DNA from: Laetmonice hystrix
Lineage: Eukaryota
Direction: 5' to 3'
Assembly (NCBI GenBank): GCA_965235115.1
Contig: OZ249436.1
Location: 17,982,001 to 18,046,000, forward strand
DNA length: 64,000 nt
Shown here: piece after piece, positions 39,276 through 52,925 of the stretch
How the letters are laid out: each line of letters begins with the position of its first letter
Numbering within the stretch: position 1 is the stretch's first letter
Position numbers and translations under genes: made by a program
The notes under the pieces: model-generated
The model's database searches: none
Told to the model about the DNA's origin: nothing
The model's input: only the letters and a program-made list of their open reading frames with translations

Positions 39276-40114
39276 CCTATTTAGGTTACGAGACGTGTGC
39301 TCCCTGCTGCGATCTGACGTCTTCCTTGTCATTGGAATATTAAGTTCTTTACCTCGAAAATCTTTGGAGAACTAAAGAGGAAATACAATGTTCGTGTTTC
39401 AGAACATTCGTTATGCACTGAAGACTATATGTGTGTCGTGTTTAAAGTCGATTACACCACATCTCATCCAGTTCATCATTCCTAACGCCAGTTATACACA
39501 GCTCGATTGAGTCGAGTTGGTATGTATTTTGGGCTGAACGGCTACTATACCATACATGGAATTTTAACAGAATTATTTTCGTCATTGGTTCTCCACATTG
39601 ATTCAATCACCTCTCTTAAATGAATGAATAGTTGACACTCTCCTAACTAGGACTATGGACGGAGAACAAATGCTGTGTCCCTCACACATATGATTGGTCA
39701 AATCATATCGAAATCATATAATGATTACAGATGAGCTGCTAACAAGGGTTCATTATCATTGGCGGGGTGTCTTAGTTCTCCTCGGCTCACTTAGTCGTAA
39801 TTTGGCCCCGTGAAGAAACGCTAATCGGCCAATACATTCTATTGGCTGTGAATGATTGTCGCTTTGTGGGGAGTGGCACATTCTTCGTGGTCCGGGTCTG
39901 CCGCTAGGGGCGCTGTCTGACGAGTCACGAAGGGAGCTACCTCCATGGTAACGACGCACGAACGTTGGTGGGTGACGTGAAAATAAACTACCTACCCCTA
40001 AACCTTAATAATCCTCGGCCACTAGAACTCTCAACAGAGTGCCCCTATTCCTATATCTGCCCTCTTAGCCTCCAATATCGTGGGTGTGTTTAACATGTAG
40101 GCCTATAGGGCCTA

Positions 40115-40279
40115 CAGGGTCGTAGCCTGCCCAAAAATCCCAGGGGGGCAGTGTCCCATGAACATTAACCAGATGGGCCTACCGCGTGATAGCGCGTCAT
40201 TGCGCCGGTCGAGCTGGATCTGGGTTACAAAAAATGGAAATCCTATTACCCCCTTGCCCCCCTGCAGGATATGGCCCTG
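40115..40279. mobile_element. Degenerate hAT-like MITE
   Basis: cagggtcgtagcc ... ggatatggccctg imperfect TIR; internal G/C runs; no TSD. Confidence 0.55.
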
Positions 40280-40538
40280 ACATTATGAATGTATAGGCCT
40301 ATCTGGGCCATATGTGATGGTTCGATACAAGGAAATTGTACATTTGTGTTCTCAGAATGTAGGGAAATGAACTTTTCTTTCAATTGTTTTTCTGTGTGTG
40401 GGAGTATGTACCCGATCCCGTAGCATAGCTTTGCCGCTCCGGTGGTTGCAGGTATTTCACTGCGCCCATACTTCCCTAAAAGCTAACTACACACCATGGT
40501 TAAATATAGATTGACAGCGACCTGCTCTATGTTTCATG

Positions 40539-40775
40539 CAGGCAAAGCTACACTTTTTCACACGTCAGTGAGTCGCAAAACAAAGGACCTAACAGTAGAG
40601 CGTCTAACAAGAGTCTGCGACTGGCACTCGTATTTGCATATCAAATAGGTATCGACATACACACGTAACTGCAATGTGTAGAGGGCGCTCACGTCCCAAT
40701 TTTGCTGGGCGGTTTTCAAAATATCTGTTTATGTTCACTAAACTAAATTTTACAGACGTAAAATGTCTATCTTCC
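40539..40775 (+). mobile_element. Dispersed repeat, relative of 34308-34560 (may extend to ~41460)
   Basis: Same ordered motifs as the 34308 copy. Confidence 0.65.
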
Positions 40776-42252
40776 AAGCTTCAATGTTTGGGTGGCTCTG
40801 GCATGAAGGGCACATGTTAAAGGGGAAAAAGCCCACATGGTTCTCCCCCTAGCGGTAGGTTCTGCAATCATTTATCAACAACTCCCGTCTTCAGCTGGTC
40901 GCCTGTTCACGATATCATTTTCAAAACTTTTGGAAATCGAAAAAACGACTAACTTTACAGCGTCGTGGCGTGTAGAATAGCTCCATTCTCGCTTCTTACC
41001 TTGCATTGATTCGACCAATTTTAATAAATTTTCTAGATATGGGATTGCCATGACTGATAGGAACGCATCATCAACTATCTAGCTTCCTTCTGCCTCTAAA
41101 TTAATTCGATTTTCTGGAGGAATTCATTTGAAAGTCGCTGATTCACATCTCAGGGTGTTTCTCAACCGATTAAGGCGTGAATAGCAGAAATTGTCCACAT
41201 ATAAATAGAATAGCGTTTCTTTGTTTGTGGTGAATTTATGCCTCATGAAAATTTATGTTTCATGTTTAAAATCGACTGAAAATGGGAAAACCGAGCCAAA
41301 GTTTTAGGGAAACAGCCGGCGAGAAAATGACACTAATTCTACTCGTAAATTCAGCGAACAGTTTCATTCGTATGCTTCTGTAAAGAGATCATGTTTAATC
41401 TTTCTCAAAGCGACAGGAGTATTGAACCAGTCTTTGAAATGACAAAGTAGCATACACCTAGAGGGACGTGTATGGCTGTGACAAGTGTTCAATCCATACA
41501 AACTTGCACATTATATAAACTCATAATCATGACATATATCTGGTTACTTGCTCATGCAATGGGTTTTTATATGGACCATATCTATGGTATCTCCGCCAGG
41601 AACCTCACGGTGGCTTACAAACTATACACTGGAGTCTGTGCACATATGAATAGTAAATTCCTAGAGGTAGTTTTTTCAGAACGTATGCATACAGATAGTG
41701 GGGTCGTTTTTAGGCCTGACAGTCTCCACAGATAGAGGGCGCCCCTCAAACCTGATGTGAGAGACCCCTGGGACTGGAGAGTGTTGGCCGTGGTTGGTGA
41801 GTGAACGTTGACGTGGCAGACATGGCGGGGTTCCGACAGAGGGCAGCACCGTATAATAGGGTCAGATAGGTGTGCCATGATGGCCACCATGAGGTAGACC
41901 CAGACAACCATGCCCCCGCTCCTGCCCATATTTCGGCAATGAGGCTGTACTTGTAAAGTTGCGTCTCGATTACCGACAGTTGCGCGCCTCAGGATTTGTT
42001 TCGCGGAATTCCCGCATAAAGGGGGTGTCTCACAAATTCCAAGTTATACAAACGTTATCTATATAAAAGTATCTGCATTGCGTGTCTCAGTTATCAATCA
42101 TAGCTGTCGTACGATTCTGTGTTGGTTTGAGGCTATTGTTGTCCTCCATACCTGCCACTTCATAGCATGTGTAAACAGAATCTATCTCAGTCTCAATGTC
42201 CTAAAGAAGAGAGATTTGCATAAATCTAAAGATGTGATGACACCAGTTTATT

Positions 42253-43230
42253 TCAGGTTGTATATGGAATACTTTCATTCTAACAGGCCCCGTGGCCAGG
42301 TTGTACATGGAATACCTTCATTCTAACAGGCCCCGTGGCCAGGTTGTACATGGAATACCTTCATTCTAACAGGCCCCGTGGCCAGGTTGTACATGGAATA
42401 CCTTCATTCTAACAGGCCCCGTGCCCAGGTTGTACATGGAATACCTTCATTCTAACAGGCCCCGTGGCCAGGTTGTACATGGAATACCTTCATTCTAACA
42501 GGCCCCGTGGCCAGGTTGTAGCCTACATGGAATACCTTCATTCTAACAGTCCCCGCGGCCAGGTTGTACATGGAATACCTTCATTCTAACAGGCCCCGTG
42601 GCCAGGTTGTACATGGAATACCTTCATTCTAACAGGCCCCGTGGCCAGGTTGTACATGGAATACCTTCATTCTAACAGGCCCCGTGGCAGTTGTACATGG
42701 AATACTTTCATAACAGCCCCCGTGGCCAGGTTGTACATGGAATACCTTCATTCTAACAGGCACCGTGGCCAGGTTGTACATGGAATACTTTCATAACAGC
42801 CCCCGCGGCCAGGTTGTACATGGAATACCTTCATTCTAACAGGCCCCGTGGCCAGGTTGTACATGGAATACCTTCATTCTAACAGGCCCCGTGGCCAGGT
42901 TGTACATGGAATACCTTCATTCTAACAGCCCCCGTGGCCAGGTTGTACATGGAATGCCTTCATTCTAACAGGCCCCGTGGCCAGGTTGTACATGGAATAC
43001 TTTCATTCTAACAGGCCCCGTGGCCAGGTTGTACATGGAATACCTTCATTCTAACAGGCCCCGTGGCCAGGTTGTACATGGAATACTTTCATTCTAACAG
43101 GCCCCGTGGCCAGGTTGTACATGGAATACTTTCATTCTAACAGGCCCCGTGGCCAGGTTGTACATGGAATACTTTCATTCTAACAGGCCCTGTGGCCAGG
43201 TTGTACATGGAATACCTTCATTCTAACAGG
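42253..43230. repeat. Minisatellite, 43-bp unit CAGGCCCCGTGGCCAGGTTGTACATGGAATACCTTCATTCTAA, ~22 copies
   Basis: 43-bp periodicity. Confidence 0.98.
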
Positions 43231-43454
43231 CCTGCCGGGTCATGCCTGATGTTGCTGGCCTGTCGTGGTGTTGGTCTGACCCGGTCGGCTGATCCCGGCA
43301 GATTAACGTTATATCAGTGTACACCCGCCAATAATCCGCCAGTAACAACCTGCAACGCCTGTAACATCTGCCGCAATATGAATAAACTGTGACGTCAGAC
43401 CGTTCCCTGTGAACAGGGTACACGGCCTCTTGTAACGCTGAGTTAAACAGGGAA

Positions 43455-46022
43455 ACACATTCAATCAACCCCAACCACTGACACTTACTAACACATACAA
43501 TCAACCCCAACCACTGACACTTACTAACACATCCAATCAACCCCAACCACTGACACTTACTAACACATCCAATCAACCCCAACCACTGACACTTACTAAC
43601 ACATCCAATCAACCCCAACCACTGACACTTACTAACACATCCAATCAACCCCAACCACCGACACTTACTAACACATCCAATCAACCCCAACCACCGACAC
43701 TTACTAACACATCCAATCAACCCCAACCACTGACACTTACTAACACATCCAATCGACCCCAACCACTGACACCTACTAACACATCCAATCGACCCCAACC
43801 ACTGACACTTACTAACACATCCAATCGACCCCAACCACTGACACTTACTAACACATCCAATCGACCCCAACCACTGACACTTACTAACACATACAATCAA
43901 CCCCAACCACCGACACTTACTAACACATCCAATCGACCCCAATCACTGACACTTACTAACACATACAATCAACCCCAACCACCGACACTTACTAACACAT
44001 CCAATCAACCCCAACCACTGACACTTACTAACACATACAATCAACCCCAACCACCGACACTTACTAACACAATACCAACCACTGACACTTACTAACACAT
44101 CCAATCGACCCCAACCACTGACACTTACTAACACATACAATCAACCCCAACCACCGACACTTACTAACACATCCAATCGACCCCAATCACTGACACTTAC
44201 TAACACATACAATCAACCCCAACCACCGACACTTACTAACACATCCAATCAACCCCAACCACTGACACTTACTAACACATACAATCAACCCCAACCACTG
44301 ACACTTACTAACACATCCAATCAACCCCAACCACTGACACTTACTAACACATCCAATCAACCCCAACCACCGACAATTACTAACACATCCAATCAACCCC
44401 AACCACCGACACTTACTAACACATACAATCAACCCCAACCACTGACACTTACTAACACATACAATCAACCCCAACCACTGACACTTACTAACACATCCAA
44501 TCAACCCCAACCACTGACACTTACTAACACATCCAATCAACCCCAACCACTGACACTTACTAACACATCCAATCAACCCCAACCACTGACACTTACTAAC
44601 ACATCCAATCAACCCCAACCACTGACACTTACTAACACATCCAATCAACCCCAACCACTGACACTTACTAACACATCCAATCAACCCCAACCACTGACAC
44701 TTACTAACACATCCAATCAACCCCAACCACTGACACTTACTAACACATCCAATCAACCCCAACCACTGACACTTACTAACAAATTCAATCAACCCCAACC
44801 ACCGACACTTACTAACACATCCAATCAACCCCAACCACTGACACTTACTAACACATCCAATCAACCCCAACCACTGACACTTACTAACACATCCAATCAA
44901 CCCCAACCACTGACACTTACTAACACGTCCAATCGACCCCAATCACTGACAATTACTAACACATACAATCAACCCCAACCACCGACACTTACTAACACAA
45001 TACCAACCACTGACACTTACTAACACATCCAATCAACCCCAACCACTGACACTTACTAACACATCCAATCAACCCCAACCACTGACACTTACTAACACAT
45101 ACAATCAACCCCAACCACTGACACTTACTAACACATCCAATCAACCCCAACCACTGACACTTACTAACACATCCAATCAACCCCAACCACTGACACTTAC
45201 TAACACATCCAATCAACCCCAACCACTGACACTTACTAACACATACAATCAACCCCAACCACTGACACTTACTAACACATCCAATCAACCCCAACCACTG
45301 ACACTTACTAACACATACAATCACCCCCAACCACCAACACTTACTAACACATACAATCACCCCCAACCACCGACACTTACTAACACATACAATCACCCCC
45401 AACCACTGACACTTACTAACACATCCAATCAACCCTAAACACTGACACTTACTAACACATACAATCACCCCCAACCACTGACACTTACTAACACATACAA
45501 TCAACCCCAACCACCGACACTTACTAACACAATACCAACCACTGACACTTACTAACACATCCAATCAACCCCAACCACTGACACTTACTAACACATACAA
45601 TCAACCCCAACCACTGACACTTACTAACACGTCCAATCAACCCCAACCACTGACACTTACTAACACATCCAATCAACCCCAACCACTGACACTTACTAAC
45701 ACATCCAATCAACTCCAACCACTGACACTTACTAACACATCCAATCAACCCCAACCACCGACACTTACTAACACATCCAATCAACCCCAACCACTGACAC
45801 TTACTAACACGTCCAATCAATCCCAACCACTGACACTTACTAACACATCCAATCAACCCCAACCACTGACACTTACTAACACATACAATCAACCCCAACC
45901 ACTGACACTTACTAACACAATACCAACCACTGACACTTACTAACACGTCCAATCAATCCCAACCACTGACACTTACTAACACATCCAATCAACCCCAACC
46001 ACTGACACTTACTAACACATCT
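43455..46022. repeat. Minisatellite, 36-bp unit ACTGACACTTACTAACACATCCAATCAACCCCAACC, ~71 copies
   Basis: Tandem array; source of the CVSKCQWLGLIG ORFs. Confidence 0.98.
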
Positions 46023-48089
46023 AATCACGTTTACATGACCGAACTCAAGACCTGTCATGTCATAACCGAGATTATCACAAATTGATTTACTGGAGCAGTT
46101 TATGATTACTCAACATGACGACGTTAGGGATTATGGAATTCTAGTGAGCTTGTATGGACTCTCTCCATAAGTTTAGCGGGTGAAGCGGGTGAAGCGGGTA
46201 TAGACTGGTGCAGGGAAAGGCCATATGTTATGTCAATCTCTTCTGAGCAGATTTGTGACATGAATGACGTAACCCGATCAGTTCCATTCATTTTAACGGT
46301 TATGTAATAACCGTTATGGAATAAGTTACGGTTATGTAATAACATTTACGTAATATCAGAACATCATGATGTAACCACAAACACCACGGTAACAGCTCCC
46401 GACATATATCGTAAGCTCATATCGGGGAACTTCCAATAAACTGAAAAGGTTTATCGCTAAGTCCCTAATGATGATTTTTCTGGGCAGAAAGAGTAAAGAA
46501 TAAATAATTCTACACTTATACTGACGATGATTGTCCCCACCGTTTTCACTGCACGGGCAATAATTACAATCGAGACGGCGAGTCACTTTTTCTCCTGTCA
46601 TAGAAACAATACAACTGTTTAATGTGCTTACTTACTGCAGACGCAGTGAAAACGTGATATTCCGCTTTAGTTTGTGGATAGGAATCCTTATGTCTAATCT
46701 CGCTATGCTCTGAGCTATGCCCCCTTGTGCCATGGCCATGTTTTCCCGTGCCCTGTATGGATGTCGACCGTAGTGTTACGGGGGAGGGGGGCTTGCGGCA
46801 TTAACCCCCTCAATATTTTCAGTAGGGCCTAATATTTAGCCTATTTATATACACTAAGTAAAGGTTTTTCTAAACCCCTCAATAATTCTACGGGCCTGGT
46901 GTTACGTTATCAATCGATCACGGTTCCGCTAGAAGGACGCGGGATATACTTTTTGACCTTGACCCTGACCTTGACCCCTGCAGTGTCGTCCAATCACCGT
47001 CTAGGAGAGAGGATCAGAATCCGTCACTCAGAAATCAAGTGTGCACGCAAAATGCACTTTTGCCTGTAATAGGATTGTCGGGCGGTCAGGCGAAGCCGGC
47101 CCTTTAGCCTTTTATACAATACTGGCAATCACCTCTGACTACTGGCAATCACCATATACTACCGGCAATCACCATATACTACTGGCAATCGACCACCAAT
47201 TAAGGTCCGATTCAGGCACAACAATAGAGTCAAGCGCATACATGACAAATAGATGTAAGCGACACAGTCGGCAGTCTGTCCAATATGAGAGACAAAAAAC
47301 CACAGCGTCATCTTTTATCAGGTATCATCAATAAAGCCATCCCGTGGTTGTGTTTTATCGGTGTACTAGTGACGACGACACTGATTGCATGGTCGCAAAG
47401 ACGGAGAATATTAGATATAGCCTACCTTAGGCTATGTATACTACGGACATTGTTAAAATGAAGTGATAATTTTCTTTCTCTCTCTATTATTATTTTTTGC
47501 GTTTGTTTTCCTTTGTTGTTTCTTTCTTTCTTTCCTCCTTTTAATTATTTACTTACTTATCTCATTTATCTATGTACCTCATATTTCGTTGTTTGATCAT
47601 TCGTTTATTGAGAGACCGGTGTATAACTCTCCTCTGTCCACATCAATTTTGAAATAAGTCGGGCGAAGTTTCCTCCAAGAACAATGGCATAACCTTAGCT
47701 GACTGCAATTTAGAATTGCTACATAAAACTCTGACACGCAAATTGGATTAAGCGTCAGGAGGAGGCGCCTGGCAAGCGTCACGTGAGGAGTCCAAGTCTT
47801 ACAGCCTTATCTGACATTACCTGTTTTAACGAAAGTAAATATTTGAGTGCCCCGGGCTACACGGCTCATTGCTTGCTGTTATGTCGGATGTTTCCGGCCG
47901 TGCATGTCAGCATGAATGCTGTCCCCTAGGGTCCGCACGAGTAGCGGTCCGTGGGTTGTAAGGAGACTAGCGATTGGCTGGTTTTAAAGAGGCCAGTGGT
48001 TGGCTGGTGAAGACGAGACCAGACGACGCACGCGCCAAGCCCCATCGACATCCTCAGACGAAGCCAAGCATGCGATCCCGTCTGCTCAC

Positions 48090-48514
48090 CGAACTAGTAT
48101 TTTATCTCTCAGATGAGAACTTCTGACTTCCACTGAAAGCAATCCCCAAGGGTTGTCTGTCGATGACCTTGCCGCCCTGGGCTGGCGGCCATGTGGTATT
48201 GTACTCCTTGGGTAATGCTCTATGACATGTGTGTCAGGACGACACATTCTCCCGTTTGTATCCAGCCATGCGGTATGTTGCAGTCCATGTATGAGACATA
48301 TAAAAATACATGATTCCTTACAATAAAAGTTATTTTCTCCTCCTCCACTTCCTGCTACGTTATCTGATTTCTTTCTTGGTTTTCTTCTTCCTTTACGACT
48401 GAAATCCTGTAATATTATGTCCTTTAACAACACAGAGATGTTGTGGACTGCTGGGCGATCCTCCTCCTCGGCTGCCTCTTCGTTCTCTCTGTAAGAACCA
48501 GCTCTCTTAATCAC
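48090..48514 (-). CDS. Candidate (first) exon, product unknown
   Basis: Minus-strand ORF in non-repetitive DNA (..MCRPDTHVIEHYPRSTIPHGRQ..LRDKILVR) ends exactly at a TCG|GTGAGC donor (48090/48089). No homology recognised; part may be 5'UTR. Confidence 0.3.
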
Positions 48515-49371
48515 CTGGTGTCAACCGTCCGGGTGGAGGATGTGATGTCAGCCCAGATGTACCATTGAGGGGTCACACAGTCTGGGGTGTCACTGTGACC
48601 CCTCAGACAGGTAACCGTACACCTGACAGGTAGATTAATTTATACCCTGTCTAGAGAACAAACCCCTCATTCAGGAGCCGGTAAAGTGAACTCTACACCA
48701 CCTCTCACTTTCTGAGCTTCCTAAGTGTTCTGACAATGATCAATTATGGTTGGCGATGAGCATGCCAGGCTGTAGGACATAGTCGGGCAGAGTGGGGACA
48801 GATTGTAGGAGAGATGAGAGGTGAGTGTCAAGTAATACTGCGGTAGCTTCCTCCCTGGCAATGAAACCATTCCTATCCTGACAGCATCATCACGCCTGCT
48901 GCCACTCCCAAATGGTTCTCTCTCCCAACCGACTACTGCCACTCCCAAATGGTTCTCTCTCCCAACCGCCTGCTGCTACTCCCAAATGGTTCTCTCTTCC
49001 AAACTCCTGCTACCACTTCCAAATAAATCTATTCCAAACGCCTTCTTATTACTCCAAAATGACTCTATCCCAAACGCCTCCTATTATTTCTAAATGACTC
49101 TATCCCCGATTCCCGTGCGTCTAAAGAAAATCACACACTTAGCCAGTGCCAGGATGACCTTAACAGTGGAATGTTCCGTAGAAATCATGTATAGCGCTAT
49201 CTAGGAAAGCATGGATTCCGTCTCATCTCGGAAGATGTTTCTAGGGGGAGGGTCCATTGTCCTGCTCGACCACCAAAGCTTCTTTTTTATGGAAGTGACG
49301 GTGGCCGAGTGGGCATGGGCGTTGATATCTTATATGCTATGTGAATGGGTGCAGTAATCTTGGGGCCGGGG

Positions 49372-49497
49372 TGGAAGCCAATACTCACCAACCGACACCA
49401 AGATGGAAGCCAACTCACCAACCGACACCAATATGGAAGCCAACTCACCAACCGACACCAGGATGGAAGCCAAATCACCAACTAACACCAAGATGGC
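49372..49497. repeat. 30-bp tandem repeat GGAAGCCAACTCACCAACCGACACCAAGAT, ~4 copies
   Basis: Direct periodicity. Confidence 0.9.
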
Positions 49498-50144
49498 GTG
49501 TCAGTGAGGGAGACAGCAGCGAGGAAGATGAACTTGACAAGATTACACAACTTTAAGTAGATTATTTATTGAAGTTCTTTCTCAACCCCCAGAGTTTATC
49601 AGCTGTAAGTCAGAGCGACGAGGTTGAATCATAAAGGATTGGAGAGTAATCTAAAGCGGTCATCCCAGAGGATCATAACATGGGAACAAACGATCGGTGC
49701 TGTGAACAAATCAAAGCAGGGCTTTGGAAGCGAGCCCGGTTATCGAGTACAGACTCTCCCTCTAATCTCCACGGCTACCATCAAACTGGCCTTTGAAGTG
49801 CGCTTTTTGTTGAGGGGCTGTAAGGAATATTTTCCCGGCTTTAATCTGGTCTGAAGTGTCATCCACGAGATCTTATGTCAACGCAAGTAGCTGTACGCTA
49901 CCTGAGATGAACGGTGACCTTTGACCTCCATACCTGAGAATGTATCCCACGGTCCGATACGAACACCAAGGTCTGGAATGAAGGTCATGGTATCTTATAT
50001 TAATAATATACATTCACCGGCCAAACGCATCTGTCTTGCTTTGAGTTTAGATTTAAAAGACATATATAGCGGATAGTGTTACAATTTTAAATTAATTGCA
50101 TCTAAATTAATTGCATAAATAAATTTATTATTCTTTAAATGGCC

Positions 50145-51132
50145 AAGTATACCACCAACCACAGGACCAGTAAAGGCTCACAGCCAGGTGTACCACCAAC
50201 CACAGGACCAGTAAAGGCTCACAGCCAGGTGTATCACCAACCACAGGACCAGTATCGGCTCACAACCAGGTGTATCACCAACCACAGGACCAGTATTGGC
50301 TCACAGCCAGGTGCCCCACCAACCACAGGACCAGTATCGGCTCACAGCCAGGTGCCCCGCCAACCACAGGACCAGTATCGGCTCACAGCCAGGTGTATCA
50401 CCAACCACAGGACCAGTATCGGCTCACAACCAGGTGTATCACCAACCACAGGACCAATATCGGCTCACAGCCAGGTGCCCCACCAACCACAGGACCAGTA
50501 TCGGCTCACAGCCAGGTGCCCCACCAACCACAGGACCAGTATCGGCTCACAGCCAGGTGCCCCACCAACCACAGGACCAGTATCGGCTCACAGCCAGGTG
50601 TATCACCAACCACAGGACCAGTATCGGCTAACAGCCAGGTGCCCCACCAACCACAGGACCAATATCGGCTCACAGCCAGGTGCCCCACCAACCACAGGAC
50701 CAGTATCGGCTCACAACCAGGTGTATCACCAACCACAGGATCAGTATCGGCTCACAGCCAGGTGTATCACCAACCACAGGACCAGTATCGGGTTACAGCC
50801 AGGTGTATCACCAACCACAGGACCAGTATCGGCTCACAACCAGGTGTATCACCAACCACAGGACCAGTATCGGCTCACAGCCAGGTGCCCCACCAACCAC
50901 AGGACCAGTATCGGCTCACAGCCAGGTGCCCCACCAACCACAGGACCAGTATCGGGTTACAGCCAGGTGTATCCCCAACCACAGGACCAGTATCGGCTCA
51001 CAACCAGGTGTATCACCAACCACAGGACCAGTATCGGCTCACAACCAGGTGTATCACCAACCACAGGACCAGTATCGGCTCACAACCAGGTGTATCACCA
51101 ACCACAGGACCAGTATCGGCTCACAGCCAGGT
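50145..51132. repeat. Minisatellite, 41-bp unit CACCAACCACAGGACCAGTATCGGCTCACAGCCAGGTGTAT, ~24 copies
   Basis: 41-bp periodicity; the unit has no stop codon, so long ORFs appear in several + frames. Confidence 0.98.
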
Positions 51133-51183
51133 TTAGCTCAGCTTTCTTTTGTTTTTGGTGAGAAGTACGCGTGTTGATTTCAC

Positions 51184-52370
51184 CGAGAGGGCGCACAAGT
51201 CTCGTGTCCTAGATATGAGCAGAAATAGCCTCGAAACGCGTCACTCTGGCACCTAAACGATTGTGACGTCACAATTTCCCCATTGGTTTAACATAGGATG
51301 AGAAAACGCACTTTCAAACATCGACCAGATTTTTGTCAATTTTGACATCTAAAAACATGAAAAGTATTTTTTTCATATGTAAACAGGTTGATGCTCTTGT
51401 TTTGTAAGGTACAAAAATGAAAGCACCCTTACAATGAAATAATAATATTTAGAAGATGACAGCTGCCGGCTTTAAGGGATTTACAGTGCTAAAGTGACGA
51501 GACTACGATCAAGAGGGTGCCAAACTTGGCTGTTCTCGAGTTTTCTTGCGTTGTCTCGTGATGCACTTGCCTTCCCTTTGCACAAAAGTTTGCAATCTCT
51601 TCCTACCTGATTATTCATTGCAGTTGAATAGGATCGGTGTAGACTTTCCTCAAGTAAACAGCACGATTTGAATTGTCGTGCTGTAATCATTGACCTTTTC
51701 ATTTACTCTGTTCTAACAGCGGTTTAAACTTTCAGTGAAACACTCCAGTACATGATCTGTCCATCTCGACACGTTCGTATCCCATGGTAACAATGGGAAC
51801 CTTCCCATGGTAACACGTTGTCAACGGGAAACTTCCCATGGTAACAATGGGAACCTTCCCATGGCAACACGTTGTCAACGGGAAACTTCCCATGGTAACA
51901 ATGGGAACCTTCCCATGGCAACACGTTGTCAACGGGAAACTTCCCATGGTAACAATGGGAACCTTCCCATGGCAACACGTTGTCAACGGGAAACTTCCCA
52001 TGGTAACAATGGGAACCTTCCCATGGCAACACGTTGTCAACGGGAAACTTCCCATGGTAACAATGGGAACCTTCCCATGGCAACACGTTGTCAACGGGAA
52101 ACTTCCCATGGTAACAATGGGAACCTTCCCATGGTAACACGTTGTCAACGAGAAACTTCCCATGGTAACAATGGGAAACTTCCCATGGCAACACGTTGTC
52201 AACGAGAAACTTCCCATGGTAACAATGGGAAACTTCCCATGGTAACAATGGGAAACTTCCCGTGGTAACACGTTGTCAACGGGAAACTTTCCATGATAAC
52301 AATGACACGTTTCGAGGCTATTTCGGGTCATTTACAGGTCAAGGACCCGAGACTTGCACGCCCTTTACTA
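51184..52370. mobile_element. Non-autonomous DNA transposon with ~60-bp imperfect TIRs carrying an internal minisatellite
   Basis: Left agggcgcacaagtctcgtgtcct..gaaatagcctcgaaacgcgtca mirrors right tgacacgtttcgaggctatttc..aggacccgagacttgcacgccct. A second copy of the left end is at 38965. Confidence 0.75.
51780..52303. repeat. Minisatellite, 54-bp unit ACTTCCCATGGTAACAATGGGAACCTTCCCATGGCAACACGTTGTCAACGGGAA, ~9.5 copies
   Basis: 54-bp periodicity (18-aa ORF repeats). Confidence 0.97.
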
Positions 52371-52925
52371 GCATTTGCCATAAATAACATCTGTCTCAAT
52401 TGAACTCTTAACAGTAGCATTGTCTCGACTGAATCCGTAAAATTAGCATTGGCCCCCAATAAACTTTAAACATGGATAGGGCCTAGCCAGTCTCCGAATT
52501 TGATAAATACAATATGGCTGTGTGCAGATTAAGACAGCATGGTCAGGGGAATTGAATGCTGGTAACACGAACCTTGTTCAAGATTCTTTCACTCCCTGCA
52601 ATGTATTTTGGTTGACATAAATACATGTTTGTAATATGCAACTCTTTGCTATTTTGTAGCCTACATAGCAGACCATTTTATTTGATCTATTGATAAAGGA
52701 TTTAAATATTCATAGGAAAATTACAGGCAGTGGGACATTCCCAGCAGGTATGTAATTAGAGAGTGGTTGGATTCCTCCTGCGAGTTTAGCCAGATCTGAC
52801 CGCTAGCCTAGTAAATAGGATCCTGCCTGGCAGGACTTCAGACACCGGTCCACATTTGGACTCCATCCCCTGTGAGACGATCAAACACTAACCGTGGTTG
52901 TTTTTAAAAAAAACTCCCCACTGAG

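Noticed and set aside
39656..39667. 12-nt match to the 5' end of miR-184 (TGGACGGAGAAC)
   Set aside because: The 3' half does not match and there is no convincing precursor hairpin.
43223..45952. Cys/Trp-rich repeat proteins
   Set aside because: 36-bp satellite translation, broken by stops and shorter units.
50139..51177. 340-aa mucin-like ORF with ATG
   Set aside because: The 41-bp unit is not a multiple of 3, so the same peptide cycles through all frames; no signal peptide.
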